A DNA stretch of 64,000 nucleotides, taken from NCBI GenBank assembly GCA_012295275.1, contig CM022674.1:15190001-15254000 (forward strand), written 5' to 3'. Below, one piece after another: positions 50,372 through 64,000 of the stretch. Under the pieces are notes generated by a model. That model searched no databases and was not told the origin of the DNA. It worked only from the letters and a program-made list of their open reading frames with translations. Made by a program: the position numbers and the translations under genes. This DNA is from Chrysomallon squamiferum. Lineage: Eukaryota; Animalia; Mollusca. The number at the start of each line of letters is the position of its first letter. The stretch's first letter is position 1.

Positions 50372-51334
50372 ATTGAAGATTATTGATCAGCAGTTCTGGA
50401 AAAATGGATTAATATGATTTAGTGATATCGTTGAACAACAGAGAATTTTAAAATGAATTAACTAATGGTTGGGAATTATAATTTTATCTCTATCAAAACT
50501 GTCGATATTCCAGCAAGACATTTATTTAATTTTCTATATTTTTGTATAATTTAATATTATTCAAACTGAGGTTTGTCTTTAAAAGATAATGACTAATCAA
50601 AAACAAAATAAATAAATAAATAAATAAAATTACAATTACAAAAAATGTCCGAGACTGTACAAAATTAGAAATCTTAATGCAATTCATACAATTATTAAAT
50701 TTTAATTAACATTTAAAACCAGAACACAAATATATGTATGCTTATGTTTGAAGACTGTTTAAGAAGTTACTTTAAAAAAAACTAATTTCGAAAAAAGGAA
50801 TTTACTTCGGAATCAAAGAAATTTCTGAATATATGAATGTGGTTAAAAAAAGATAAATAAATAAATAAAATAAATTTAGTGTTCGCTTAACAAAATTGAA
50901 AAAAAAAAAAATTAAACGAAATTTAAAATTTCTGTTTGAAATTTCACGTAACCAACATTAACGCCATTTTATTTTTCATTTCTTATTTACGCGGTCTGCA
51001 GTGCAAACATAAACACATGCTTTAAGTATTTGTTTCTACACATGCGAAACACACTCGATAACGTTTACGACCCTGAAGTAATCCCCCGGACAGAAAATAC
51101 TCGATATAACACAAATCAAATACGTCAAACGTTCTCGGAGGTCAATAAAATGACCGTTTCTACCATTGTCAAAAGCTGTTTAAAGAGAATCAAAGTGAAT
51201 CAAAGTGAAATTAAACACGGTGTTTGGTTTCGTTTGTGACGCAGAAAGCCATCGACACACAAAGACAGGTATCTCTACGTGAATCGTTACTGTCACATAT
51301 TTCTATACAATACATCTGGGCAAGAACTCTGTTG

Positions 51335-51665
51335 TGAAATATGCTTCTGTTATTCGAATAATGGGTCTTTTTGTTGAAAATTACTACAGTGTTTCGAAGA
51401 CTATGAATTTAATATGAAATATGCTTCAATTCATATACGACTGACGAAGTACATTGAAATTTTTCGAAGGATATCGCTTTAATATGAAATATGTTTCAGT
51501 TCGTCGACGATTAACGACGCATATTAAAATATTTCGAAGAATTTGGCTTTAATGTCGAATATTCTTCAATTCTCCAAAGATTAGCGGCGTACTACTTTTT
51601 TTTTTTTCCTTTCTTTTTTTTTCTTCAAATAATAGAGGCTTAATATACTTCAGTCTTTCGACGAA
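51335..51665. repeat. Degenerate minisatellite, unit about 60-65 bp
   Basis: Recurrent TTTAATATGAAATATGCTTCA...TTTCGAAG motif, about 5 copies. Confidence 0.6.
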
Positions 51666-52074
51666 TTAAAGTTGTATCCAAAATATAATTTTATTTTCAA
51701 GGCGAAGATAAATATTTGAATCCTATATTCGAGCAAAACATATCATTATATTAAAATATTTGTTTTTGTTCTACGAATCTTGTGAACATTCCTAAGAAAC
51801 AAAACAAAAAAAGTTATCAGAAGTGTAAAAGTTAATTAAAAGTTTGTTTTTCGCTGTTTTATTCTGTGTCTGTGTACACAGTAGTCTGTTGAAAGCCAGT
51901 AAATGATCAACACTGTGAGTTTATCTTCATAAACCAGGCTTTTATTTGTTGTTAAATCCAACCGTGCGTGCTTGGAAATCGAAATAAGATATTCTGATGT
52001 TTGTATTTGATGAATGGACGTAGAAACTTGACCTGACACAGACAGCGCTGGTGAAAATCACTTACAACATCACA

Positions 52075-53492
52075 ATGGCTTCAAACTTGACTACCAAGTC
52101 AAAGAAAAGCGAAAGCTTACGGATTAACATCTCTGGCTCGCTCAGTTACGCATCGAAGGCAAAACTGGGACGCTCCGGCCGGCGGAAGGTTAAACGTTAC
52201 GGCAAGGAGAGCGTGTCCAGACTGCCCAGCGGTCAAGCTCGGCCTGTCCAGGATATCGGTGGACATGCGGGTAGTGTTGTAAGAACTGACAGAGAAATAT
52301 GGAGATCTTTGTGGAAGAAACTTCTATACGAGAGGTGAGTTTTAAAGGACAGACAGATAGATAGATAGATAGATAGATGGATATAGAGATAGACAGACAG
52401 ACAGTCAAACAGACAGATAAATAGACGGATGGATAGAAATATAGATGGACTGATAGGTGGATGGATAGAGAGAAAGAGTGAAAGAAAGAAGAAAACGAAA
52501 GAAAGAAAGACATTTTATTTTCTGTATTATTCTTCTTTACTTTCCTTTTTCTTACTAGTTAATTGTTATTATTATTATCATATTCATTACTGTTGCTGCT
52601 GTTGTTAATGATGATGATGAAGCTGTGTTTTTTTTTTTTTTTTCTGCGCTCAGAAAATATCCAGCAAGATCCAGGAAACAGCCTTTCTAGTGTCATTTAA
52701 TCACTTTCAGTTCAATTTACCGTTTTATACGTGAATAGATATAACATCAGCATCTACACATACACACAAACATGCAAACGCTCGACAGCATACACTTAAA
52801 ATACACACAGCACACACATACATACAGACAGACAGACATCCACTGCACATTAACAAAAACAAGTATGCTCAACATGGACGCAACACACAACACAAAAATA
52901 CACACGTTTTACGCGCACACACACACACACACAGAAAGATATATAACCTCGCCATTTCATGCCACGCATGTAGCGAGGCAAAACGAAATAACATTATACA
53001 TGAACGGATGGCCTGCTGATAACAAAACTCACCAATCTTTAACTAATTTACATTAATTGAAGTGCAGAAACACAAAACCATCTCCCATAGTTTTATGTCT
53101 TCGTACAAACAAGAGTCAATTTCACATCTGAAATAAGCAACAGATAAATAATAGTTCTAGTGTTTTGTTCATGTTTAATTTGCCTTTATTCACCTGGGGT
53201 TTATATGTCAGTATTTGGCTGTTGTTAAGAAATGATTATTATTATTGTTGATGTTATTACTGTTACTGATGCCGTTATTGATGTTGCTGTTGACTTAGAT
53301 GTTACTTTGTTTTGTTTATATTTATATCAGAGTGTAATTTTTGTTATTTATTTACTAATTAATTAGTTTATTTATTTTATTTATTTATTTATTTATTTAT
53401 TCATTATTATTTGTTTGTTATTATCTGATCCTTATTATTATTATTATTTGACAAATCCAAGATAATAATAATAGTATCATTGTTGTTTCTGT

Positions 53493-53582
<90 letters not shown>

Positions 53583-55676
53583 TCTATTCATTTTAATTAG
53601 TATTTCTTCTTGAAGTTTTTTTCTCTCTTGCTTTCAAACGTCTTTTCAAAAGAAAACTCAGTATTATGTTAATACAATAATGGACACGAGGAAAAAAGAA
53701 TCACTATCATTTTTTTTTCCTAACGCCTCTAGACTGTCGTTAAGATTGCAAGGGCGATTTCAAAAATTCAGAAAAGAGGGAAGGGGGCGGTGATTGTGTA
53801 AAAAATGTTCAAAGTAGAAATAAATAACTTTATAAAGAAAGATATATTATTATTCATGTCATAAAAATGGGGGGACACGATACAGGGGCGTCGCCTCCCC
53901 TCCTGCCCGCTTTAAACGGGGTGTGTGGCATGAACTTTATTAAAACAGTTTTATCTCCTGTCAGAAACTTAATACTGCAGGGGATAATTTAAGTCGCACA
54001 CATTTCTTTGTTGTACGCTCATTTTAATATTTTATTTTCAGCAGTAAAATCTAAAAGCTGAAATATGAGTCCAAGCAGTCCTATGAATATAAATTTAATT
54101 GTTATTAAGTTTACAAGTACAGACATTTAACTAGTCAATGAGTTAGCTAGTACATAGTTAATCGGCTAGTATATATATATTTAACTGGTTACTAAGTGAA
54201 AACAGTACAAATTTAATTGTTAGTAAGTTAACGAGTACGCATGCAATTGGATAATGAATTAACGAGTAGAAATTTAACTGGTTAGTGAGTTAGTATATAT
54301 ATAATTGGTTAGTATGTTAGACAGTGCTAATTTAATTGTCAGTCAGTTAACAAGTACATACGTAATTCGTTAGTAAGTTAAGAAATAAGTATACAGTTTG
54401 TTAGTATGTTAGCAAGTATATAAATTTGAATTGTTTATCAAAGGCTGCTGCATGTTGTGTATATATTTGTAATTTGTTAACTGTGAGAAGGTGCATGTAT
54501 AGGTCCCTCTAATGGTACCAGAAAATACTAACACACGTGGTATCTGTACGTGGGATTGTATCTCAAATAAATTAAATTAAAATAAAATAAATTAAATTCA
54601 ATTAAATAAATAAATAAAACAACTGTAACGTTCATTAACAATGAAACAAATAATAGCTTTTAACATGCGAAACAATTTTTGTTGGGTTTTTTCCTGATTG
54701 TTTATGTGTTTATCTCCGATGGTATAAAACAAGTCTTTGCATGTTATCAGCGACAACATTAGATTTTTAAAACATGTAAATTAATTCTTCCATCTCGCTC
54801 TCTTTTGTAACTAATATGTGTGTGTATGTATGTGTATGTATGTGTATGTATATGTATGTATATGTGTGTATGTGTGTGTGTGTCTCTCTCTCGATCTCTC
54901 TGTGTATATGAGTGTGTGTGGATAGATAGATGGATAGCTAGAGAGAAAGACAATGGATTTAATACAAAGTAGAAATCAGACGTAATAACAGCAGTATGAG
55001 TCATTTATATATGTCATACACGCACACATACACACACATACTCACAGACACACAACATCCACACACAGACACACATATATACAAACACCCACTCAAACAT
55101 ATACACATACATACATAGAAACTCATTTTTATAATAATATTCATTTAATACATATATTTTTTTTTTCTTGAAACAGTGTCTTTCTAACGTGTTAGCATTG
55201 TAATTTACGTGTAACAACAAGTCTGGTATGGTATCTGTATAAACATAACTTTTATTACATGTTAGTAGTCTGTTTGCATACAGTGTTGTACAGATAATTT
55301 ATATATCGCCACAGTAAGTTTACACACACTTACCTCATCTCTTGACCTTTTTTAACACACATTATAAACGTGTACTCTTACTTCTTTTATTTTTCTTCTC
55401 CTCGTTTGTTTATTCCTTCTTCTTGTGTTCGTTTATCTTTCTTTTCTTTCAGTCTTTTTATTTATTTTATTTTATTTATTTTTTTATCTGTCTTTTGTTT
55501 CCTTTATTGCTTTTTATTCGAACTTTTTGTTAATTTATTGTTTGTAATTCTTTTTTTTTTTGTTACTTTAAATATCACTTTTTTTTGTATTCCTCATTTT
55601 TGTTTTTCGCCTGGTTTGCATTTTCTTTTTCTTTTTTAAGTCATTTTATAAGTTACATAAAGCGTATACTAGTAGC

Positions 55677-55722
<46 letters not shown>

Positions 55723-55812
55723 ATGTAGTAAAATAAGTAATAGTGATAGTAGTAGAAACAGTAGCAGTTGTACTAGTGGTAGAGGTAGCAGTAATAATAG
55801 TAGCAATTGTAC

Positions 55813-55861
<49 letters not shown>

Positions 55862-56416
55862 TCTATATTATAACGAAGAAACAACGATCTGTTTAAAAAT
55901 TCAAAGAAATATTATACTATTATGAAGCAAAACATTTTCTTTGATTAATGGATTTGACATTCCTAGCAAACTGAAACGTAACAAAAATGTCAACACGTGT
56001 CCACTTGTTAGAACAATCCAAAAAGGTGTTTGGCAGTTTATTGGTATTAGACGTACCCTTCAAGTACACTGTATATACGACAAAGTGATATTGTGAAGTA
56101 AATAAAGGAATGCATATATACTTTTCTTATCAGATAAAAAAAAACAGCGACAGAGGTCATGGTATGACTGACAAACTGAATACGTGAAGTCGTGACCAGA
56201 GTTACATTTTAAACATAAATTTCTCCACTGACTCGCTTTTTTCTGAACGTATGGAAAGATAATAAATGGGCATAGTTATTTTTTCTTTGGCTAATTCTAT
56301 GAAACGTAAGTCTTTTTTTTTATTATTCTTTTTTTTGTTGTTAGTATTTAGCTTTTCTTTTTTTCTTATTTATTGATGTATTTATTTATTATAATTATTA
56401 TTGTTATTAATATTAA

Positions 56417-56476
<60 letters not shown>

Positions 56477-58184
56477 TAATGTTCCTTACAGGATAACTAA
56501 ACTTATAGTAATAATTTTAGTAGGAGTAGTAGTAATAGTTGTTTTTGTTGTCGTTGTTGAAGTTGTAGTCATAACAGTAGTTACTCTTACAACAACAATA
56601 ATAATAATATGAAGAATAGCGACTACAACTAGTAATTCAAGTATTAATGCTACTACTACTACTACTACTATTACTACTAATACTAATACTACTACTATTA
56701 CTACTACTACTATTACTGCCTCTACCATTATTAATGATACTACTTCTGCCACTATTACCGCAATATATATATTACTGCAACTACTACGGCATCAATAACA
56801 ATTGTTACTACTACCACAGATTTTAAACTTATAAAATTCTAATCACAACAATATCAAATTTAGTTCATTCTCCAGTTAAGCAGAGTCTGGTGATGCCTGG
56901 GGCTAACTCCTTGATTGTAAGCTCAAAAAACTCAAGTATAAAGCCTAAAACTGAGAAATATTACGAGAAAGGAAGATATTTTGAATATGTAAACACAGAT
57001 GAAACATAAAATAAACACTTCATTCGATTTAAATATAAATTAACTAAATTTATTAAGTTTTTTTTTCTCTGATTGGATGCCACCCCCTCATTTAGATACG
57101 TGGGACCACCGCCCCTCCGCCCCCCTAGCACCCCACTGGTTATGTCTGCTTGTGTCCGCGGCTGGATTCGATCCCAGTACGTCCCGATCCTTAATCCGAT
57201 AGTTTTAATCTCAGTATTGCTTAACCTGCACTGTACACCTTATAACAACAAGTGTTTGTTAAAGTTTGTTTACTTCCTAAGTGACACTAACATTTCAGAA
57301 TTCATACTACGAAATAACATTTAAAAAAAAAAAAATTCTTATCTATTTCGTGTTTTTAATCAAACAACTGTCTCGATGTTTTCTTAGTGTGCTGAGAACG
57401 TGTTACGTGTGTGCGCTGTTTGACATGGGATTGTATAAGTGTGAAACACGAGTAAGTGTTATATATATAGAAAGTAGGAGACACTTTGCGAAGGTTGTTT
57501 TAATGATACATATGTGAGTCAACGTCGCTAAACACTGTACATGAAACTGTATTTCGAAAAAGTTGAGTTTTGTTTGTGTCTTTTTTAATACATCTCTTGT
57601 TACAGTCTGCACATAGACAGTGTTACTGAACCCACTGAGTTAAGGAGGCAAAGTACATTTGTCACCTCACGAAATAATTAATATGAGTATTGCTTCTGAC
57701 AAGTCCCGTAATTGTTTTTTTGTGTGTGGGTAGGTTGTTAAAGACAGAAAAAGAAAACGAATGAAATAAAGAAAGCCATAACGAATGAGGAAAGAGAAAA
57801 AGCCTGAATGAATGAGAAAAAATGAAAGAAATGAAAATTAAAGAAAGAGAAAGGAAAAAAAAAATAAAGGACGAAAGAAAATATAGAAAGGGAAGTCGAG
57901 ACGAGAAGAAAATACCGAAGAAAGAAAAAAGGGAAGATATATCTGTTTGCCTTCACTGTAAGTGATTAGATTACTGATCAGCTTATATTCTAATCGCAGT
58001 GGTTTTGAAAACAGATTATATTCTCTACGTCTTACTGTCCGGCTTAATCTCTTCATGCTGGGATTGTCTATGTAAACATCAATAGAATAAGTCAGATTTG
58101 TTTTAATATTTTGTTATAACGAGACTAGGTGAAGTACACGTTATGATGTTATTGAAACGGATTACTGAAGTAGTGATGCTGATG

Positions 58185-58217
<33 letters not shown>

Positions 58218-60230
58218 TTAATAACAGTAGTAACGACAGCAATAATAATAATAACTGAAATAACAACTACATCTACTAAACCAGTACAGCAACAATGATA
58301 AAAAAAATAATAATAATAAATAAAAATAAAAATAAAAAATAAAAATAAAAAAGATAAAATAATAAGAATAATAAGAACATTAATGTTATATTAACTTCAT
58401 GGGCGAACTAAGAACTTTTAGCAGCGTTTTCACTTTGTCTGTGAGCCAATGTTTTACTTAACGACCTACTCAATACATTTTTAATCTACTGATATTTTTC
58501 AATGATTGTTTAGCGTGTGTGTATGATTGTTTGTATGTGTATGTATGTCTGCACTTTTTTTTTACGAATGACAGAAAGAACGAGATTAAAAACTCTTTTT
58601 GATAATAGCAGCAATAAAATGTTAATACGTGCCTTCCCATAATCAGAAATTCTCGGTCTTTGGCCTCCTCGTTGAAATGGGTCAGATACTTAGACAAAGT
58701 AAAAATTATCTTTCTACATTCGTTTCTGGAGTGAAAGAAACAACATTTTAGTTCCTTACTCTTATTAGTTCACTTGAATGTTTTCGTTTTCATACTGAAA
58801 AGTCATAATAATGAATAACCCCTGCCTTTTGACGATGACGTACAAATCAATTCCCTCAAAATCATGTTTATTTGGGAATGGAAAACGAAACTGGATTTGA
58901 AATTTCGTAAAAAAAAAACCCATCAGTACTTAATTTTGATTTTGTTTTCTTTCAGGAAAATGTCGAGGCTTGTGAACCACCTGACCGATACTCAGCGTTT
59001 CTACGAGGAATACGTGAGACTGGCTCAAGAACGAGACGACAAAGAAAACCGAGACCGAAGCAGCACAAACCACGTCCCTATCTTCAACAAGAGACTTTTC
59101 ACGACGCAGGGGTCCGTTGTCATCACCGCCGAGGCGAGGCGAATAATGGCGAGGAACGGCCGGGCGCGCCCGGACGAACGAATCCAGCCGCTGGTTAAGG
59201 CCGAACTCCTAGCCATGCGCAGTGTGGTTTCCGGTCTAAAAATGGTTCACCAGGATCGAGACTACGTTAAGAAAGCTCTCTGCCACTGTCTGACGTTTGA
59301 GTCGTACGCCGCACATCAGTTCATAGTTAAACGACCGCACGAAGACTGCCTGTCGTGTTACTACATCGTGCGCGGCGAGGTGGAGGTCACGTACGACATC
59401 AAAGTGACGGAGACGAAACGCGTCTATCAGCCTAATATAATTTACAGTCACGGAAGCGGTGAATTCCTAGGCCTAGTTTCCCCAGACGGATTGTCCGAGG
59501 ATATCTCTCCCCCAGCTACAATCTACACTAAAGAGAGTTGCGAGTTTCTGAGAATTGACAGGACGAAATTTCACAGAATTATCAAAGATTACGATGAAAG
59601 GTTCACGGAAGAAAAACGTGAATTCTTCTCCCGAAAGTCTTGTATTCTGTCCGCCATGTTGCCTGATTCCAAAGAAAAAATCTTGAATAAAGTTAGCAGA
59701 CAGGTAATATTTTATTATTTATTTATTTTATTTTATTTTATTTTATTTTATTTTATTTTATTTTATTTTATTTTATTTTATTTTACTTTATTTTATTTTA
59801 TTTTTCATTCTTCTAAAGAGATTTTCATTTTTATTCTCTAATTTTATTATTAGTATAGCCTATCTTCCACGGGTATGCAAAACACTCATGTCAAAAATAT
59901 ATATGGACAATAGTTTATTATAGCAAACCACGATATCTTAAAAAAAATAATTCTTAGAAAAGAAAAAAAAAGATATGTAAAAAGTCTATATATGGGATGT
60001 GTATTTTATTATTAATATAGGATTTACGCCGATATTTAATAAAAGAGTCACTAGGGTGTGTTAACTGTTTATTAGATTCTTGTTGTTGTTTTGCTTGATT
60101 TGGTTTTCTTCCTCGTTGTAGATAATCGTTCAGAACTGTGTAATTTTTATTTATTTATTCATTTAATTGAGTGTTTATTTATTTGTTTGTTTGTTTGTTT
60201 GTTTGCTTGTTTGATTGCTTGTTTGTTTGT

Positions 60231-60261
<31 letters not shown>

Positions 60262-60466
60262 TTCATTTAATTATTCAATTATTTCTTTATTTCTTTATTT
60301 CTTTATTTATTTATTTTCCTTTCAGGAGTTCTCGTGCAATCGCGAGATTATTGTGCAAGGAGAGAAATCAGATTATATTTACTTCGTTGAATCTGGTTTG
60401 TATAATTTATTTATTTGTTTATGTATTTATTTATTAAATATCATAATCATCATCATCATCAATACG

Positions 60467-60550
<84 letters not shown>

Positions 60551-62035
60551 TATGCGTGTTTATAAAATATATAATAATAGTTTACACCTAATACACGTAT
60601 AATTAAAAACGGCAGACGTTTATGTTTATTTCTCGGCAACTTTGGAAGCTGAAACGTTTTCTGTGTATATATGAATGTATGTATCGGTGTCTGTGTGTCT
60701 GTATATATGTATCTGTGTGTATCCATATATGTATGTATATATGTGCATGTACGTTTGTGTGGGTATGTTATGTTATAGCCAGTGTGTCTGGACATATGCG
60801 TGTTGTTGTATGTGAAGGTTATTTATCCAAACATACAATAATTTCATCAGGTCGATGTCTGTTAATAAGAGAACTGTTTGTGCCTGAAGCAGACAAGATT
60901 GTGTCCTGTGTTCTGGGTCAGTGTGAAACAGGTAAGAAAGAAACATTTTACCTCTTGTTCCTACACTTTCATTTACTTCTATTTTTACTTGTTTCTATAA
61001 CATCTACACTTTCATTTACTTCTGTTTTTACTTGTTCCTACACATCTACACTTTCATTTACTTCTATTTTCACTTGTTTCTATAACATCTACACTTTCAT
61101 TTACTTCTGTTTTTACTTGTTCCTACACATCTACACTTTCATTTACTTCTATTTTCACTTGTTTCTATAACTACACTTTCATTTACTTCTATTTTTACTT
61201 GTTTCTTAACATCTACACTTTCATTTACTTCTATTTTTACTTGTTTCTATAACTACACTTTCATTTACTTCTATTTTTACTTGTTTCTTAACTACACTTT
61301 CATTTACTTCTATTTTTACTTGTTTCTATATCTACACTTTCATTTACTTCTATTTTTACTTGTTCCTACACATCTACACTTTCATTTACTTCTATTTTTA
61401 CTTTTATTTTTACTTGTTTCTTAACATCTACACTTTCATTTACTTCTATTTTTACTTGTTTCTATAACTACACTTTCATTTACTTCTATTTTTACTTGTT
61501 TCTTAACATCTACACTTTCATTTACTTCTATTTTTACTTGTTTCTATATCTACACTTTCATTTACTTCTATTTTTACTTGTTTCTATAACTACACTTTCA
61601 TTTACTTTATTTTTACTTTCTTAACATTTTACACTTTGTTTTACTTCTATTTTTACTTTTCTTAACATCTTTCATTTACTTCTATTTTTACTTGTTTCTA
61701 TATCTACACTTCATTTACTTCTATTTTTACTTGTAACATCTACACTTTCATTTACTTCTATTTTTACTTGTTTCTATAACTACACTTTCATTTACTTCTA
61801 TTTTTACTTGTTTCTTAACATCTACACTTTCATTTACTTCTATTTTTACTTGTTTCTATATCTACACTTTCATTTACTTCTATTTTTACTTATTTCTTAA
61901 CATCTACTTTCATTTACTTCTATTTTTACTTGTCTATTTTCACTTGTTTCTATATCTACACTTTCATTTACTTCTATTTTTACTTATACTTACCTACCTA
62001 CTTATCTATCTATCTATCTATCCGTCCGTCCGTCC

Positions 62036-62073
<38 letters not shown>

Positions 62074-62666
62074 GTATTCGTCTCTTTCTCATTTATTAAT
62101 TTATTTCTCAGGTGACTTTTTCGGAGAAGAATGTGTTTTAGATGACAGACCTGCTCACTGTACAGGAACTCCCACGTGCCCCACAGTGATTTTAAAAATG
62201 CACAAGTAAGAGAAATAGTTTAGTTTTTGTTCACATTTAAAATATACATTTTTATTTATTTTTTTATTTAATTTATGTGTGCGCGTCTGTGCGTGCGCGA
62301 TTTGTATGTGTGTACGTGTGTATTTTGTAGAACACATGTCATTATGTTTATCGCAGATTAACCAAACATCATTGTGAGTAAAAAAAAAATAATAATAATC
62401 CGTCAAATTACGACTCAGCCAAACCAGAACATTTAAGTAGATTAAATTTAATGCAATAAAACTATATAAACTTACAACAACTTTCAGTTTCTATCTTCAA
62501 TATTTGCAGAATATCAGATAATTTCATAATTTGTAAAAAAATTCAAAATTAATAAAAGATTTTAATTAATATCTATAATTTAATTGCAAATATGCAAATT
62601 AGGACAACCATTCGTTTTGAGAGGCTGAAGTGTACATAAGCATTTTAGATGGCGTTATACTTTTAT

Positions 62667-62697
<31 letters not shown>

Positions 62698-63265
62698 GCC
62701 TGGTTAACGACAGGCTCCTAGGTCTCATCCTAGAGGAATTTTTGAGGGGGTACAGGTCGCCCTCGGGTGACCCGCCTACTTCGCGGGATGCCCTTGTTGC
62801 CGTGATCTGCCCTTACCCCACAAAAAAAAAAAAAAAGTTTTATCCACATTTGTTCTAATCTATTTGTATTTTCATTGATTTTAAAAATATTAAGTGTTAT
62901 TTATTTTATTTTTTATCTGTCTGTAATTTCGATTTCTGAAAATTTTACATTTTTATTTTTAAAATCTAATTAACTTATTTATTGTAATTATCTTCCACAA
63001 GGTTCATTTTCCTAATCACTTTTTTTTTTTTTCACTCTAGGACAGCGTTAGAAATTGTGCCAAAAGATCATCTCCACAACATCATCTCCAAACATCGACG
63101 AGATTACCCGGATGACGAAGATCTGCGAGAACGAGGCTACCGAAAGACAGTGTGGAACAATTACAAGCATGCGCAGATTAGACAAACTCTACAGGAGAGT
63201 GGAAACTTGAAATATCTATCTCGCAAAAATGTTCCGCGAGTTAGGAAACGACCGCCAACAGCAAG
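52075..63265 (+). CDS. Cyclic-nucleotide-binding-domain protein with two cNMP domains (CNBD2-like); may continue beyond the window or end at the TGA at 63276-63278
   Basis: Exons 52075-52334, 58956-59703, 60326-60395, 60851-60931, 62112-62205 and 63041-63265, all GT-AG with consistent phases. Motifs: LCHCLTFESYAAHQFIVK..SCYYIVRGEVEV..GEFLG..ATIYTKESCEFLRIDRTKF and EIIVQGEKSDYIYFVESGRC..GDFFGEECVL. C-terminal YPDDEDLRE..WNNYK resembles CNBD-family tails (from recall). Confidence 0.85.
54088..54440. repeat. Degenerate minisatellite, unit about 30 bp
   Basis: Recurrent AAATTTAATTGTTAGTAAGTTAACAAGTAC-like units. Confidence 0.6.
57150..57225 (-). mobile_element. Possible tRNA-derived SINE head remnant
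   Basis: Minus-strand GGGATCGAATCCAGCCGCGG resembles a Pol III B-box (GGTTCGAATCC). There is no intact cloverleaf. Confidence 0.3.
60955..61985. repeat. Intronic minisatellite, 40-43-bp unit, about 25 copies
   Basis: CTACACTTTCATTTACTTCTATTTTTACTTGTTTCTATAACAT repeated with variable tails, in the CNBD intron 60932-62111. Confidence 0.95.
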
Positions 63266-63960
63266 GTACGTTCACTGAATTATATAGCAATGTCAAATAC
63301 CAATGATTGAAAATGGAATAAAGGGCATTTAATGAGTGACATATTTCTGAAAGGGTTATTTATTTATTTATTTTTATTTATTATTATTATTATTATTATT
63401 ATAAAAGTTTTGAAATATCAGAAGTTTGCACATCTGCCCTCTATATTTTATAATTTTATTATTAGTAGTAGTAGTAGTAGTAGTAGTAGTAGCTGCAGCA
63501 CCCACCTTCGTGTAAGTTCGCGATGTGTATTTTTAAACACTGGAAGGGTCACTTTAAACGGTGTCTTCCCATCTGGTAGAATTCTCAGTTCGTATGATTC
63601 CCATTTCCCACTGCTAAATGATGAAAATGTGAAAATGCTTGGAAATGTAAATATTATATTGATAAGTAAAACACAAAAGAACCCCTAGTTGATATTAAAA
63701 TGTAATATGTAGGCTCTTGCTTGCTTCTTTGATACTGGAGTGTGAGTATGTGTGAGAGTGAGTGTGTGTGTGTGTGTGTGTGATATACACTCGGACACAT
63801 ACACACTCATACATATGTGTATGACTGTGAGATGTGTGTTTATGTTTAAGACAAACTAAAATAGTTTTGCACGTTTATATATTATGTCTAGGTGTGAATG
63901 CGGTTGTGCATTGATGTGAATGTGAAAACGGAGCAAATACAAAATTATGAGGGGGGAGAG

Positions 63961-64000
<40 letters not shown>

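Noticed and set aside
51030-51239. 69-aa non-repetitive ORF
   Set aside because: No recognisable motif or consistent splice partner; could be UTR or chance.
60955-61985. CRISPR-like appearance of a constant core with a variable tail (also 30818-31090)
   Set aside because: The variable parts are short related variants rather than unique spacers; the context is eukaryotic (intronic or intergenic) and there are no cas genes.

Overview
Eukaryotic, very AT-rich and microsatellite-dense genomic DNA. An invertebrate, probably a mollusc, is my inference from gene style and is not proven. There are no operons, CRISPR arrays, rRNA or intact tRNA genes, and most listed ORFs are microsatellite artefacts. 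Manual splicing (GT-AG sites and phase checks) recovers five gene models. (1) A minus-strand cytosolic sulfotransferase (3252-6376) with one extra base that frameshifts an internal exon, plus an inverted dead copy of its last exon at about 9.35-9.65 kb. (2-4) A cluster of three genes (22.7-38.1 kb), each beginning with a 6-nt ATGAAG (Met-Lys) coding micro-exon spliced to a signal peptide: a small frameshifted Gly/Arg-rich protein, a 516-aa Gly/His/Asn protein built on 39 G-[N/A]-G-[L/V]-[H/Y] pentapeptides, and a convergent 634-aa His/Ala/Tyr/Asp/Asn-rich protein. (5) A plus-strand CNBD2-like gene with two cyclic-nucleotide-binding domains whose binding cassettes are degenerate (52-63.3 kb). 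Several MITE-like elements, minisatellites and local duplications are also present. The most interesting candidate is the secreted His/Gly-rich cluster, which may encode a structural-biomaterial system (coacervation, sclerotization or metal binding). That function is inference.
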